From Mobula birostris (Eukaryota), in NCBI RefSeq assembly GCF_030028105.1, contig NC_092396.1, positions 25,299,474-25,363,473 on the forward strand: a stretch of DNA of 64,000 bases, written 5' to 3'. Below are positions 50,001 to 60,530 of this stretch, in pieces. Position 1 is the first letter of the stretch; every line of letters starts with the position of its first letter. The position numbers were made by a program, and so were the translations under genes. The notes beneath the pieces were generated by a model. The model was not told where the DNA came from. It saw nothing but the letters and a program-made list of their open reading frames with translations, and did not search any database.

Positions 50001-53000
50001 CTAATTATGCTTTTGGAATATCAGGGCCATAATCTCTAATGCTCTTACATCATTAATCCAAGCATGCATACTATGTATAAATTTGCATGCTAACATCATG
50101 CTTACTATACAAAAATAATTGTACTGGTTTGTACTCATGTACTGACTTACAAAGATATTAGTCAAATGTTTCTCTACTTCTTGGATCCATACGTGTGCAA
50201 CAAAGGAAAGCATTATGTTGACCTCATCATCATCATCATCATCAGGTGCCATGCCCAGTTTGAGCTTTGACTGCCATGCCCCACACTCTCCTGTTTCGGG
50301 TCAAGTGGATCAATTCATTGGTATTCATTTCCAGTTCTCTGGCTGCTGTCCCCATCATCATTTGTCTTTGTCTTCCTCTTGCTTTCTTCCCTTCAATCTT
50401 TCCCATAATTGTGGACATGGTGGAGGATTACAAATACCTAGGGATACGAATTGACAATAAACTGGACTGGTCAAAGAACACTGAGGCTGTCTACAAGAAG
50501 GGTCAGAGCCGTCTCTATTTCCTGAGGAGACTGAGGTCCTTTAACGTCTGCCGGACGATGCTGAGGATGTTCTACGAGTCTGTGGTGGCCAGTGCGATCA
50601 TGTTTGCTGTTGTGTGCTGGGGCAGCAGGCTGAGGGTAGCAGACACCAACAGAATGAACAAAATCATTCATAAGGCCAGTGATGTTGTGGGGATGGACTC
50701 TCTGATGGTGGTGTCTGAAAAGAGGATGCTGTCAAAGTTGCATGCCATCTTGGAGAATGTCTCCCATCCACTACATAATGGACTGGTGGGGCATAAGAGT
50801 ACATTCAGCCAGAGACTCATTCCACCGAGATGCAGCACTGAGCGTCATAGGAAGTCATTCCTGCCTGTGGCCATCAAACTTTACAACTCCTCCCTTGGAG
50901 GGTCAGTCACCCTGAGCCAATAGGCTGGTCCTGGACTTATTTCCTGGCATAATTTACATATTACTATTTGATGTGACTTGGCTATTACCTCGTACAAATT
51001 CCTAATTAACTGGTCCATATTCTCCATTCCCTTTGCTAAAACTTTAATCCTGTTGATCGCATTTATGCCTCTGCCATTCCACAAGTCTCTCCAGCAGAGG
51101 TCAGCGTTAAGTAACCAGAAACAAGAGTCGTGGCTAATCTTCCTCGGTCTCTAAGCTAATTGTACTCCAGAAATCTTTTGTTCCAGATGGAAAATACCTT
51201 CAAGTGCTATATCAGGTGGGCTTAACATGTTACTGGATCCAATTGATAGGCAGGATAATAAACTAAATTTTATACCAACCATCTCCCTACAGTATAGTTA
51301 GCCATTCAGGTAAAGCAATGAACCATATGAATTTACTCACTGGAGTATTTTTTCCTCTACTAGTTACTAAATGTCAGGAAATACAGAACAGGTAAAGAGA
51401 AAGTATTTCAATATCAGGTATGTAACTGAAGCCTGCTGATCAAATGGTACACTTACCAACCCCCTGAGTTAACCTGTGCTAAAGCCACCATTTTGAAGAT
51501 ACATTGCTCTCGAATATGTAGTATCAATTTACAGCCAAGTTTAATGCACAAGTAGTGATTCTTTTATTGTTGTATATTCCCTTTATCTTTCATAGTTCAC
51601 ACATTTATCATGCAATTATGCAAAAGGTATTCTTTGGACAATTATTTCTTTATTTTGGGTGGTTTGCGGTACATAGCTACCCATGGTTAAGCATAATGCA
51701 GGCCCTCAGGGAGGAATGTATGCAAGCTGTTCATAGAAATGTATGTACAAGACTCAGCTAGAGACAATAGACAATAGGTGGAGTAGGCCATTCGGCCCTT
51801 TGAGCCAGCACCGCCATTCACTGTGATCATGGCTGATCATCCACAATCAGTACCCTGTTCCTGCCTTCTCCCCATATCCCTTGACTCCGCTATCTTTACG
51901 AGCTCTATCTCTTTCTTGAAAGAATCCAAAGAATTGGCCTCCACTGCCTTCTGAGGCAGAGCATTCCACAGATCCACAACCCTCTGTGTGAAAAAGTTTT
52001 TCCTCAACTCTGTTCTAAATGGTCTACCCCTTATTCTTAAACTGTGGCCTCTGGTTCTGGACTCCCCCAACATCAGGAACATGTTTCCTGCCTCTAGCAT
52101 GTCCAATCCCTTAGAAGTCAGATCCCCTCTCATCCTTCTAAATTCCAGTGTATACAAGCCCAGTCGCTCCAGTCTTTCAACATATGACATTCCCACCATC
52201 CCTGGAATTAACCCAGTGAACCTATGCTGCACTCCCTCCATAGCAAGAATGTCCTTCCTCAAATTTGGAGACCAAAACTGCACACAATACTCCAGGTGGG
52301 GTCTCACTAGGGCCCTGTACAACTGCAGGAGGACCTCTTTGCTCCTATACTCAACTCCCCTTGTTATGAAGGCCCACATGCCATTAGCTTTCTTCACTGC
52401 CTGCTGTACCTGTATGCTTACTTTCAGTGACTGATGAACAAGGACACCCAGATCTCGTTGTACTTCCCTTTCTCCTAACTTGACACCATTCAGATAGTAA
52501 TCTGCCTTCCTGTTCTTGCCACCAAAGTGGATAACCTCACATTTATCCACATTAAACTGCATCTGCCATGCATCTGTCCAGTCACCCAACCTGTCCAAGT
52601 CACCCTGCATTCTCATAACATCCTCTTCACATTTCACACTGTTACCCAGCTTTGTGTCATCTGCAAATTTGCTGATGTTACTTTTAATCCCTTCATCGGG
52701 AGGAGAAGATGGCGGCGCGACGCAGCTTGCAGCAGCCACTCCTGTGAATGATATCTGTTATCTGTCAAGTAGGGTGCCGTGCACAATCCTGATTTGATGG
52801 AGACAGATGTGAGAGCACGGAGGAACATCCGTGAAACTTCTGAAATGCCTGCTTCACTGCCGCTGCTACTGTGTGATCCAGAATCTCTGGAGGGGAAGCC
52901 CCCGAGTCCTCGACTTTGCCTGTTGCTTGGCGGCCGGGGCGGGGTCGGAGCGCTTGGCAGAGATGGTGCTCGGTGCTCGGTGTCAGAGGGCTGATCGTTG

Positions 53001-56000
53001 GCTCGAAGTTTTTGGACGGACTCAGAGTCGGCAGCAGTCGGGTGCTTACAATGCATCGGCAAGTTTGCGGTGCTTGGAGCTTCATGGCAGGGAGAGTTTC
53101 TCCCTTCTACTGTCTGCATGAGATGATGGGGCTATTGGGACTTGAGACTTTTTTTTTTACCATGCCCATGGTCTGCTCTTTATTAAATCACGGCATTGCT
53201 TTGCATTGTTGTAACTATATGTTATGTGGTTTTGTCAGCTTTAGTCTTGGTTTGTCCTGTGTTTCTGTGGTGTGTTTCTGTGGTATCTTTCTGGAGGAAC
53301 ATTGTATCATTTTTTAATGCATGCATTTCTAAATGACAATAAACGAGGACTGAGTGTCCTCATAATCTAATCTAAACTAAATCATTATTGTATAAATAGC
53401 TGGATCCCAGCACCGAGCCTTGTGGTACCCCACTAGTCACTGCCTGCCATTCTGAAAGGGACCCGTTAACTCCTACTCTGTTTCCTGTCTGCCAACTAAT
53501 TTTCTATCCATGTCAGTACCCTACTGCCAATACCATGTGCTCTAATTTTGCGCACTAACCTCCTATGTGGGACCTTATCAAAGGCTTTCTGAAAGTTCGG
53601 GAACACTACATCCACTGGCTTTCCCATGTCCATTTTCATAGTTACATCCTCAAAAAATTCCAGAAGGTTAGACAAGCATGATTTCCCCTTCATAAATCCA
53701 TGCTGACTCGGATCTATCCTGCTACTGCTATCCAAGTATGCCACTATTTCATCTTTTATAATTGACTCCAGCATCTTCCCCACCACTTATGTCAGACTAA
53801 CTGGTCTGTAATTGCCTGTTTTTTCTCTCCCTCCTTTCATAAAAAGTGGGATAACATTAGCTACCCTCCAATCCGCAGGAACTGATCCTGGATCTATAGA
53901 ACATTGGGAAATGATTACCAATGCGTCCACGATTTCTGGAACCACCTCCTTAAGTACCCTGGGATGCAGACCATCAGGCCCTGGGGATTTACCAGCCTTC
54001 AGCCCCATCAGTTTACCCAACACCATTTTCTGCCTAATGCAAATCTCCTTCAGTTCCTCTGTTACCCTAGGTCCTCTGGCCACTATTACATCTGGGAGGT
54101 TTTTTGTGTCTTCCCTAGTGAAGACAGATCCAAAGTACCTGTTCAACTCGTCTACCATTTCCTTGTTCCCCATAATAATTTCACCTGTTTCTGTGTTCAA
54201 GGGCCCAACTTTGGTCTTAACTATCTTTTTCCTCTTCATATACCTAAAGAAGCTTTTACTATCCTCCTTTATATTCTTGGCTAGCTTACCTTCGTACCTC
54301 ATCTTTTCCCCGTTTTGCCATTTTAGTTATCTTCTGTTGCTCCTTAAAAGTCTCCCAATCCTCTGCCTTCCTGCTCATCCTTGCCATGTTATACTTCCTC
54401 TCTTTTATTTTTATACTTCCCTTGTTATCCACGGTCGCCCCTTACTCCCCTTAGAATCTTTCTTCCTCTTCAGAATGAACTGATCCTGCACCTTCTGTAT
54501 TATTCCCAGAAATACCTGCCATTGTTGTTCCACTGTCATCCCTGCTAGGGTATCTTTCCAGTCAATTTTGGCTAGCTCCTCCCTCATGGCTCCATAGTCC
54601 CCTTTGTTCAACTGTAATACTGACACTTCCGATTTTCCCTTCTCCCTCTCAAATTGTAGATTAAAACATCATATTATGGTCACTACCTCCTAATGGCTCC
54701 TTTACCTCGAGTTTCCTTATCAAATCTGGCTCATTACACAACACTAAATCCAGAATTGCCTTCTCCCTGGTAGGCTCTAATACAAGCTGCTCTAAGAATC
54801 CATCTCTGAGGCATTCCACAAACTCCCTTTCTTGGGGTCCAGTACCAACCTGATTTTCCCAGTCTACCTGCATGTTGAAATCCCCCATAACAACTGTAGT
54901 ATTACCTTTGCAACATGCCAATTTTAACTCTTGATTTAACTTGCACCCTATATCCAGGCTACTGTTTGGGGGTCTGTAGATAACTCCCATTAGGGTCTTT
55001 TTGCCCTTACAGTTTCTCAGTTCTATCCATACTGACTCTACATCTCCTGATTCTATGTACCCCCTCGCAAGTGAGTGAATTCATTCCTCACCAAAAGAGC
55101 CACCCCACTCCTTCTGCCAACCTGTCTGTCCTTTTGATAGGATGTATAGCCCTGAATATTCATTTCCCAGCCCTGGTCCTCTTACAGCCATGTGTCATGT
55201 CTCTGTTATTCCCACAACGTCATACTTGCCAATTTCCAACTGAGCCTCAAGCTCATCCACTTTATTTCGTATACTCCGTGCATTCATATATTAGATTAGG
55301 AGGACACTCAGTCCTCGTTTATTGTCATTTAGAAATGCATGAATTAAAAATGATACAATGTTCCTCCAGAATGGTATCACAAGAAACACAGGACAAACCA
55401 AGACTAAAACTGACAAAACCACATAATTATGACATATAGTTACAACAGTGTAAAGCAATACTGTAATTTGATAAAGAGCAGACCACGGGCACAGTAAAAA
55501 AAAGTCTCAAAGTCCCGATAGCCTCATCACCTCACGCAGACAGTAGAAGGGAGAAACTCTCCCTGCCATGAACCTCCAAGCGCCGCAAACTTGCCGATGC
55601 AGCACCATTTGAAGCGCCTCTGACACCGAGCACCATCCTCTGCCGAGCAACAAGCAAAGCCGAGGACTCGGGGGCTTCCCCTCCGGAGATTTCAGACCAC
55701 ACAACAGCAGCAACAGTGAAACAGGCATTTCAGAAGTTTCACCAGATGATTCTCTGTGCTCTCACGTCTGTCTCCATCAGGATTGTGCACAGCACCGTAC
55801 TTGGCGAATAACAGACATCACCACTGGAGTGGCTGCTGCGAGCTGCCATTTAAAGTAATACTTTTACTCCCCTCACCTTTCACATCAATTCCTATTGCAC
55901 TTGGCCATACTCTCCAATCCCTTTCTGAGCTTTCTGCCCCATTAATTCTGTTCCTATTAACTTTTCCTATTCTCTCTTTCCCTTTAACTCCATCCTTATA

Positions 56001-59000
56001 TTTCAAGTTCATCCCCTCCCCCCTACTACTTAGTTTAAACACACCCGTGTAGCAGTAGCAAACCTGCCTGCCAGAACGCTGGTCCCCCGTCTGTAAAGAC
56101 CCATCCCTTCTGTACAATTCATCCTTACCCCAAAACAGATCCCAGTGGTCCAAGAATCTAAATCCCTGCTCCCCGCACCAGCTCCTCAGCCATACATTCA
56201 GATCCCCTATCTCCCTGTTCCTGCCCTCACCAGCACAAGGAACTGGAAGCAAACCCCAGATAACCACCCTGGAGGTCCTATGTAGCTTCCTCAAGCCTCC
56301 TCTCCCATTAATTGAGATAATAGGTGATATGTGATAACCACATATACCTACCTATTCTCTTGTACCTTAATTGGTTAATAAAATTTATTAATATCAGACT
56401 TAAAAGTTGCCAACTGATTATACATCCAATTGCCCTTTGTAGAAGAGAACTCCAAACTGTGAACAGAAGCGTTACCTAACTTCTCTCCTGAAGTGGATGA
56501 CTTACTCTTTTAGTGTACACTCCTTGATCCCTAAACAATGGAAATACTTTCTCCATTCTTAAATACCTTAAACTTCAATCAAACCATACCCTCACTCTCT
56601 CAATTCCAGGCAATAAAATCCTAGTCTGCAACATCTCTTTATAAATTTATGCATGGATTCTAGGTATCATTCTCATGTAGTGTCTTCACCATGTTCATCC
56701 TAGTCCACTATTTCCTAAGATGTCAGAATCAGTGATCTTTATCATAGAATTTAATGTTTTGTGGTAGTACAGTGCAGAGACAAAATATTATTATAAATGA
56801 CATAATAGTGTAAAAAGGGACTATTCAGAAACCTGATGGCAGAGAGAGAGCTTTTCCTAAATCATTCAGTATTTGTCTTTAAGCTCCTGTACCTCCTTCC
56901 CAATGGTACGGACAAGAAGAGAATATGTTCTGGACGGTGAGGGTCCTTTGTAAATAATGCTGCTTTCCTTAAGCACCATCTTTGAAGATGTCCTTGATTG
57001 TGGAGAGAATTATGACCATGATGGTATTTACAAACCTCTACACCTCTTGCAATCCTGCACATTGGACCCTCTACCAAGCTGTGTTGCAACCAGTCAAAAT
57101 GCTCTCCCGCTAAGGAAAATTTTAAGTCTTTGATGACACAGCAAATCTCCTCATTCCTAATAAAGTAGAGCCACTGGTGTACCTTCTTTGTAATTAGATG
57201 TAATGTCAATAATTGCTTTTTTGTTATAATACAAGCTTTTAAGAATTTCTTCTATGAGATTTTAAATTGTTTTTCTGCATTGTTTGATTCTGCATTGAAG
57301 ATGCATCTCAGAAAGCAGAAGCAGTCAAGATCCTACATGTGATTTTTGACATGAGAAACCAAGAGCTCCTTGTGAAAAACGGCAAAATTGGAAATATTGC
57401 TCACACCCTGGCAATGCTTTATTATCTGTTCCAAGACTTTAGCAAGGTAAACTTCACATTGCTGTTTCAGGACAAAAATCCACTACCATACACAAATCAT
57501 TAGAAATTAATGCAAATAGACTTGACTGTTGACTAAATCGTTTTGGACACCCAGCTGTAAAAGGAGGGTGTCACTTAGCTGTATAGAGTGCAGAAAAGAT
57601 TGAGATGTCACTGGGACTGGAGGGCTTGAGTTAGAAGGAGAGACAGGATAGGCTAGGACATTTCTCCTGGAGCACAGAAGGCTTAAGCATGACCTTAAAA
57701 ACGTGTATGAAATCCTGTGGTGCATAGATAGAGGATGGTCACAGTCTTTTTCCCCAGGGAAGGAGAGTCTAAAACTAGATGACATAGGGTTAAAGTGAGA
57801 GAATTGTAGATAAACTTAGTAGATTGATTGGGTGAAAGAATGTTACAAGGGTGGTCTTTCATTTTCACTCTATAGAAAGGATAGAACAAAGTACTTTCCA
57901 TTGGATATCCAGCCCAATTGTATACTTAGGTTTCAGCTGGAAGAAAGTGCAGATAAAAATGCATGGATGGGTGGCTGGAATGCTATTTGGATAGGCACAG
58001 AAACAGACCCTTGGTTCCAACTCGCCCATATCCCACCACACTATCTATCCCAACTCGTCCAACTGCCTACCTTTGAAAATATCACTAAGCCAGGGGTTTC
58101 CCAACCTGCAATCCTTGTACTCTTTACTTAATGGTATTGTTCTCTGGCATAAAAAAAGGTTGGGAACCCCTGCTCTAAGCCTTACCCAACTATGTACCTG
58201 TCCAAATGATTTTTTAAATATTGTAACTGTATCCTCATCTGTAACTTCCTCTGGTAGCTCATTCCACCATCTGTATGGGAAAAATTGCCCCTCAGGTCAC
58301 TTTTAAACTATCCCCTCTCTTTAAAATTATGTCTAGTTCCCTACCTTTTAATAAGACTGTGATAATCCACTTACTTATGCCCCTCATGATTTATATACTT
58401 GGATAGTCATCCTCCCAGCTTCATCCACTCCAGTAAAAATACATCTCAGCCCATCCAGTCTCTCCTTATAACTCAAGTCCAACAGATTCAGTACCGATAC
58501 CTCGGCACTGTACAAGTTATAACATGACTTTCCAATTCGTGTACGCAATGCCCCAAGGATGATGGTAAACCTACTACCTTCTTCATTACCCTATCCCTCC
58601 TGTGTAGCCACTTTCAGGGAAAAACATATCTGGACCCATGGGTCTCTGTTAGGTCATGGGGGGGGGGGTGCAGGGTCTTCACTTGAAATATTATTTTCTT
58701 TGAATTATATACTTCAAAGGATTGTGTTTAAAGCTGGGATCAATACAGCTTTGAAATCAAGATTTAGGATGGAGTGAAAGGTGGAAGTCTTTGTGATCTT
58801 GTAGTGTAGATTTCAGAGGTTGTATGGCCTCTTGCACAAGATTCCTGTAGGGTAATAAGGGACAGAAACTTCTGTCTGAATCAAAGGCTATTTCTGTATG
58901 TTCATTTAACATAAGTCTCATGGCTTGTTGCAGGCAGTCAAATACGGGGAACTGGCTTTGGAAGACAACAAGATGTTTGTACACAACAAAAAAGAGATTG

Positions 59001-59095
59001 CAACAATCCAACGTCTTCTCACAACAGCTAAAAAAGCACTGTCATATCCTGGTGGAAAGGGACCGTCCCCATATGATTGGGCTAACTCGTGCTAA
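25900..59095 (+). CDS. ZMYND12: Zinc finger MYND-type containing 12 (cilia/flagella protein), 8 exons, 385 aa
   Basis: Exons 25900-26015, 28141-28282, 33641-33812, 39027-39196, 44470-44592, 49402-49528, 57301-57446, 58934-59095, all GT/AG and in phase. IYPLANPKG..CEIC..CTQC.VTFYC..HQAADW.GIHEKICQLLIP (MYND finger) followed by TPR-like helices; head-to-head with PPCS as in human. Confidence 0.95.
28141..28282 (+). CDS. ZMYND12: ZMYND12 exon 2
   Basis: HQAADWNGIHEKICQLLIPVR; ctctcag| and cag|gtaaac. Confidence 0.95.
28490..28893 (-). mobile_element. Rex1/Babar LINE 3' end
   Basis: Same tail as 44690-45180 plus the RT C-terminus GRGYKSLRTRTTMSRNGYYP. Confidence 0.7.
29186..29250. repeat. (TA)n/(CATATA)n microsatellite
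   Basis: Direct observation. Confidence 0.9.
29745..30500 (-). mobile_element. CR1 LINE 3' fragment
   Basis: AGACCATAAGACATAGGAGCAGAATTAGGCC tail; QRDLGVLVQDS..VKKANAML RT C-terminus. Confidence 0.9.
31725..32110 (+). mobile_element. Degenerate Penelope-like element (GIY-YIG region); further remnants to ~33580
   Basis: Similar to the GIY-YIG segment at 48173-48480. Confidence 0.6.
32575..33035 (+). mobile_element. CR1 LINE 3' end
   Basis: CR1 3' region ending TCTTATGGTCTTATGG. Confidence 0.85.
33641..33812 (+). CDS. ZMYND12: ZMYND12 exon 3
   Basis: KYLIDLTRTVAQKLLFEGRHEEAIPGALQSMRF...LLLAEASI; g|gtaaga. Confidence 0.95.
34505..35095 (+). mobile_element. CR1 LINE 3' end
   Basis: LYKALVRPHLEYCEQFWAPY; TCTTATGGTCT tail. 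Confidence 0.9.
35300..35897 (+). mobile_element. Rex1/Babar LINE fragment (3' UTR continues at 38135-38297 after a CR1 insertion)
   Basis: KFADDTTVIG and RKYRSFKTHTTRFRNSYYPQ. Confidence 0.75.
35898..38134 (-). mobile_element. Relatively young 5'-truncated CR1 LINE (RT), nested in Rex1 tail
   Basis: Long frameshifted ORF pieces KSPGPD, NYRPMSLTS, QHGFVKGRS, YMDFSKAFDKVPH, GVPQGSV, KFADDTK. Confidence 0.95.
38420..38960 (-). mobile_element. Rex1/Babar-like LINE 3' fragment
   Basis: (AGAATC)n tail on + strand and GTGGGTCTTCAGGCTCCTGTACCTCCTCCC RT C-terminal segment. Confidence 0.6.
39027..39196 (+). CDS. ZMYND12: ZMYND12 exon 4
   Basis: LGRLQEAEEYLSQAQW...YRNLGLLY...ADD|gtaagt. Confidence 0.95.
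40097..42282 (+). mobile_element. hAT (Charlie-like) non-autonomous transposon carrying nested retroelements
   Basis: TIRs CAGCGGTCCCCAACC / GGTTGGGAACTCCTG; perfect 8-bp TSD CAATATGG (40089-40096, 42283-42290); transposase C-terminal remnant (YPEIATKALKTLLPFPT, AGKQAQDSH*). Confidence 0.9.
41197..42191 (+). mobile_element. Tx1/L1-clade LINE 3' fragment (zf-RVT region, 3' UTR, A-rich tail)
   Basis: WQNASSPDLTNRQQDLAWLAVRGALPV...CPREDCNGVESVAHLFAHC; AATAAA then A-rich tail; TSD CTCTAC(C)n. Confidence 0.8.
44470..44592 (+). CDS. ZMYND12: ZMYND12 exon 5
   Basis: IYHATQVFGVSDVHTAGGYYHMANVFYKQEKMDVADSLYSE|gtaaac. Confidence 0.93.
44690..45180 (-). mobile_element. Rex1/Babar LINE 3' end
   Basis: Minus-strand LPSGRRYKNLRTHTTRFRNSYYP plus shared tail. 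Confidence 0.75.
45285..46560. mobile_element. Two old CR1 fragments in opposite orientation (45285-45790 minus, 45860-46560 plus)
   Basis: Degenerate CR1 3' sequences similar to other copies in the window. Confidence 0.6.
48173..48960 (+). mobile_element. Penelope-like element 3' part (GIY-YIG endonuclease and terminal repeat with hammerhead-like motif)
   Basis: VIYCVRCS..LPYIGETRRRLGDRFAEHL...RLEEQHLIFRLGSLQPHGMN; 11-bp TSD AATTGACTCCT at 48162-48172 and 48961-48971. Confidence 0.9.
48497..48648. other. Assembly gap (152 N)
   Basis: Run of N within the pyrimidine-rich part of the Penelope-like element. Confidence 1.
49402..49528 (+). CDS. ZMYND12: ZMYND12 exon 6
   Basis: VTDIWKNFLAELVETEIQ...; atgcag| and g|gttagt. 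Confidence 0.85.
50225..50410 (-). mobile_element. RTE LINE 3' end
   Basis: Minus-strand IMGKIEGKKARGRQR...* followed by (GAT)n tail. Confidence 0.75.
50411..50990 (+). mobile_element. Rex1/Babar LINE RT C-terminal fragment
   Basis: YKYLGIRIDNKLDWSKNT..KKGQSRLYFLRRLRSF...HPLH...SFLPVAIKLYN. Confidence 0.85.
52698..53376 (+). mobile_element. Non-autonomous retroposon family A, copy 2 (full length)
   Basis: GGGAGGAGAAGATGGCGGCG start; ATGACAATAAA, hairpin and TAATCTAATCTAA end; splits CR1 RT at CTTCATC^TAAATC. Confidence 0.9.
55291..55846 (-). mobile_element. Non-autonomous retroposon family A, copy 3 (slightly 5'-truncated, internal deletion)
   Basis: Reverse complement of copy 2 over most of its length; splits CR1 near the ORF2 start. 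Confidence 0.85.
56730..57200 (-). mobile_element. Rex1/Babar-like fragment
   Basis: PLGRRYRSLKTNTE in ORF 56862-57209. Confidence 0.6.
57301..57446 (+). CDS. ZMYND12: ZMYND12 exon 7
   Basis: DASQKAEAVKILHVIFDMR...LAMLYYLFQDFSK|gtaaac. Confidence 0.9.
58091..58172. mobile_element. 82-bp hAT MITE inside an old CR1 tail
   Basis: TIRs CAGGGGTTTCCCAACCT / AGGTTGGGAACCCCTG; TSD CACTAAGC / CTCTAAGC. Confidence 0.8.
58934..59095 (+). CDS. ZMYND12: ZMYND12 exon 8 to stop
   Basis: ttgcag|AVKYGELAL...TIQRLL...TAA; AATAAA at 59215-59220 and 59318-59323. Confidence 0.85.
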   Translation, partial: AVKYGELALEDNKMFVHNKKEIATIQRLLTTAKKALSYPGGKGPSPYDWANSC

Positions 59096-60397
59096 AAATT
59101 GCTATATTATTATGTCAGGTTATTCATTTTGAATGCCAAAATGGAGATGTGGTTACATTTTCAAACACTCAAATGGACGGGGCCTGAGGCTCTCCAATAT
59201 TTTGGCAATATATTAATAAAAACAGAAAACTATCTGTGTTTCTTGAACAAAATATTACAGCAAATGAGGGAGTGCGAGCATTACCTGTGGCAGTTTAAAA
59301 ACCAGTATCATACAACAAATAAAGGCTCACTCCCACAGACGTGTATTTATAAAACATCAAATGTTTCACAATGCTATCACAATTACTGTACAAGTCAGTG
59401 TTTTGTGTTAATACATCAACTGTGTTATGCATAGCATAAAAGCCCTCATGAATGGGAGTGGTGAGGTGGGAATACAGGAAATAACTAACCATTTTGGTTG
59501 ACACCAAAATAAGTCCCCAGTTTTGGAAATCTGAAATCCACCCCAAAATTAATCAAAAACTGCAAAGAGCAGATGAACCACTGGACAGCAACCTAACACA
59601 GCAGAGGTTTTCCACTATTGTAAAGTAGCAATGCAGATTTATCAAAAGGTAGCACCAACACTTAATAATGTCAAGCATACCAGAGTAAGAATTACGAAGT
59701 ATTGTTAGAAACAGAACAGAATCTACATTTATTTCTATTGTTATCTGTTAGTTATATTGGGTATTTCAATAAAGTCAACTATGTAACAGTAAAGACAGAG
59801 GTGAGTATAACCTCTACACTACATATCAATGTCTTGTACACTTAGAAGAATAATGTACTTGACCAGTGTTGTGGATGCGCATTGAGCCATGTTCCACCCA
59901 GTCCCACCATGTCAATTGTTTCCTTTGGTCAAGGGAGGCACAAGGCAGATTTAGAAAAGACAAAATATTGAGAGGTCTAGGCAGGGCAAATATGAAAAGC
60001 ATATATTTAAGATCATTGTTAAGATTATGGAGTGGGATGGGGTGTTATGCTAAAATAAAACTAGAGCTCTGGGGATCTGGAACTTGCTGCCTGAAAGAAC
60101 AGTGGAAGCTGAGATCTTGGTGTTTAAAACAATGTCTACATGAACAAACTAAAAACAGTAATCTATAAGGCTACAGATTAAGACCTGGAATCAGAAGGAT
60201 AAAATAGCTAAATGTGCCCAATAACCCTCAGTCTATTAAGTAATTCCTAGACTGGTTCTACCCCTAGGGTCATCATGCCCATGTCTCCAGCCACTCACTT
60301 TAACAATGTTTCTTAATAAACTCAGCAACTGCTTTTTTTTTTCAGCATTAATTCACAGGATGAAGCAAGCATCAGCCCTATTCCTCATCCTTTTTTC

Positions 60398-60530
60398 CAG
60401 TCCTGGTGAAGGTTTCAGTCCAAAATGTCAACTGATTACTTTTTTCCATGGATGCTACCTGGTCTGCCAAGTTCCTCCAGCATTTTGTGTGTATGTTGCT
60501 TGGATTTCCAGCATTTGCAGATTTTCTTGT
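60398..60530 (+). mobile_element. Penelope-like terminal-repeat fragment
   Basis: Homologous to 48864-48960 (GATGCT..CCTG..GTTCCTCCAGCATTTTGTGTGT). Confidence 0.7.

Larger units (their letters stand above)
51762..56290 (-). mobile_element. Near-complete CR1 LINE (end of ORF1 esterase, APE, RT) with two family-A insertions
   Basis: ORF track pieces 55818-56294 (ORF1), 54661-54990 (APE: GVIYRPP, MGDFN, SDHN), 53787-54302, 53496-53786, 51837-52697 (RT). Confidence 0.95.

Noticed and set aside
50267-50923. 218-aa ORF
   Set aside because: Chimera of an antisense RTE tail and a Rex1/Babar RT fragment.
51837-52739. 300-aa ORF with ATG (MAAASCVAPP...KFADDTK...)
   Set aside because: Chance fusion of the antisense 5' end of family A copy 2 with a broken CR1 RT C-terminus; not a gene.
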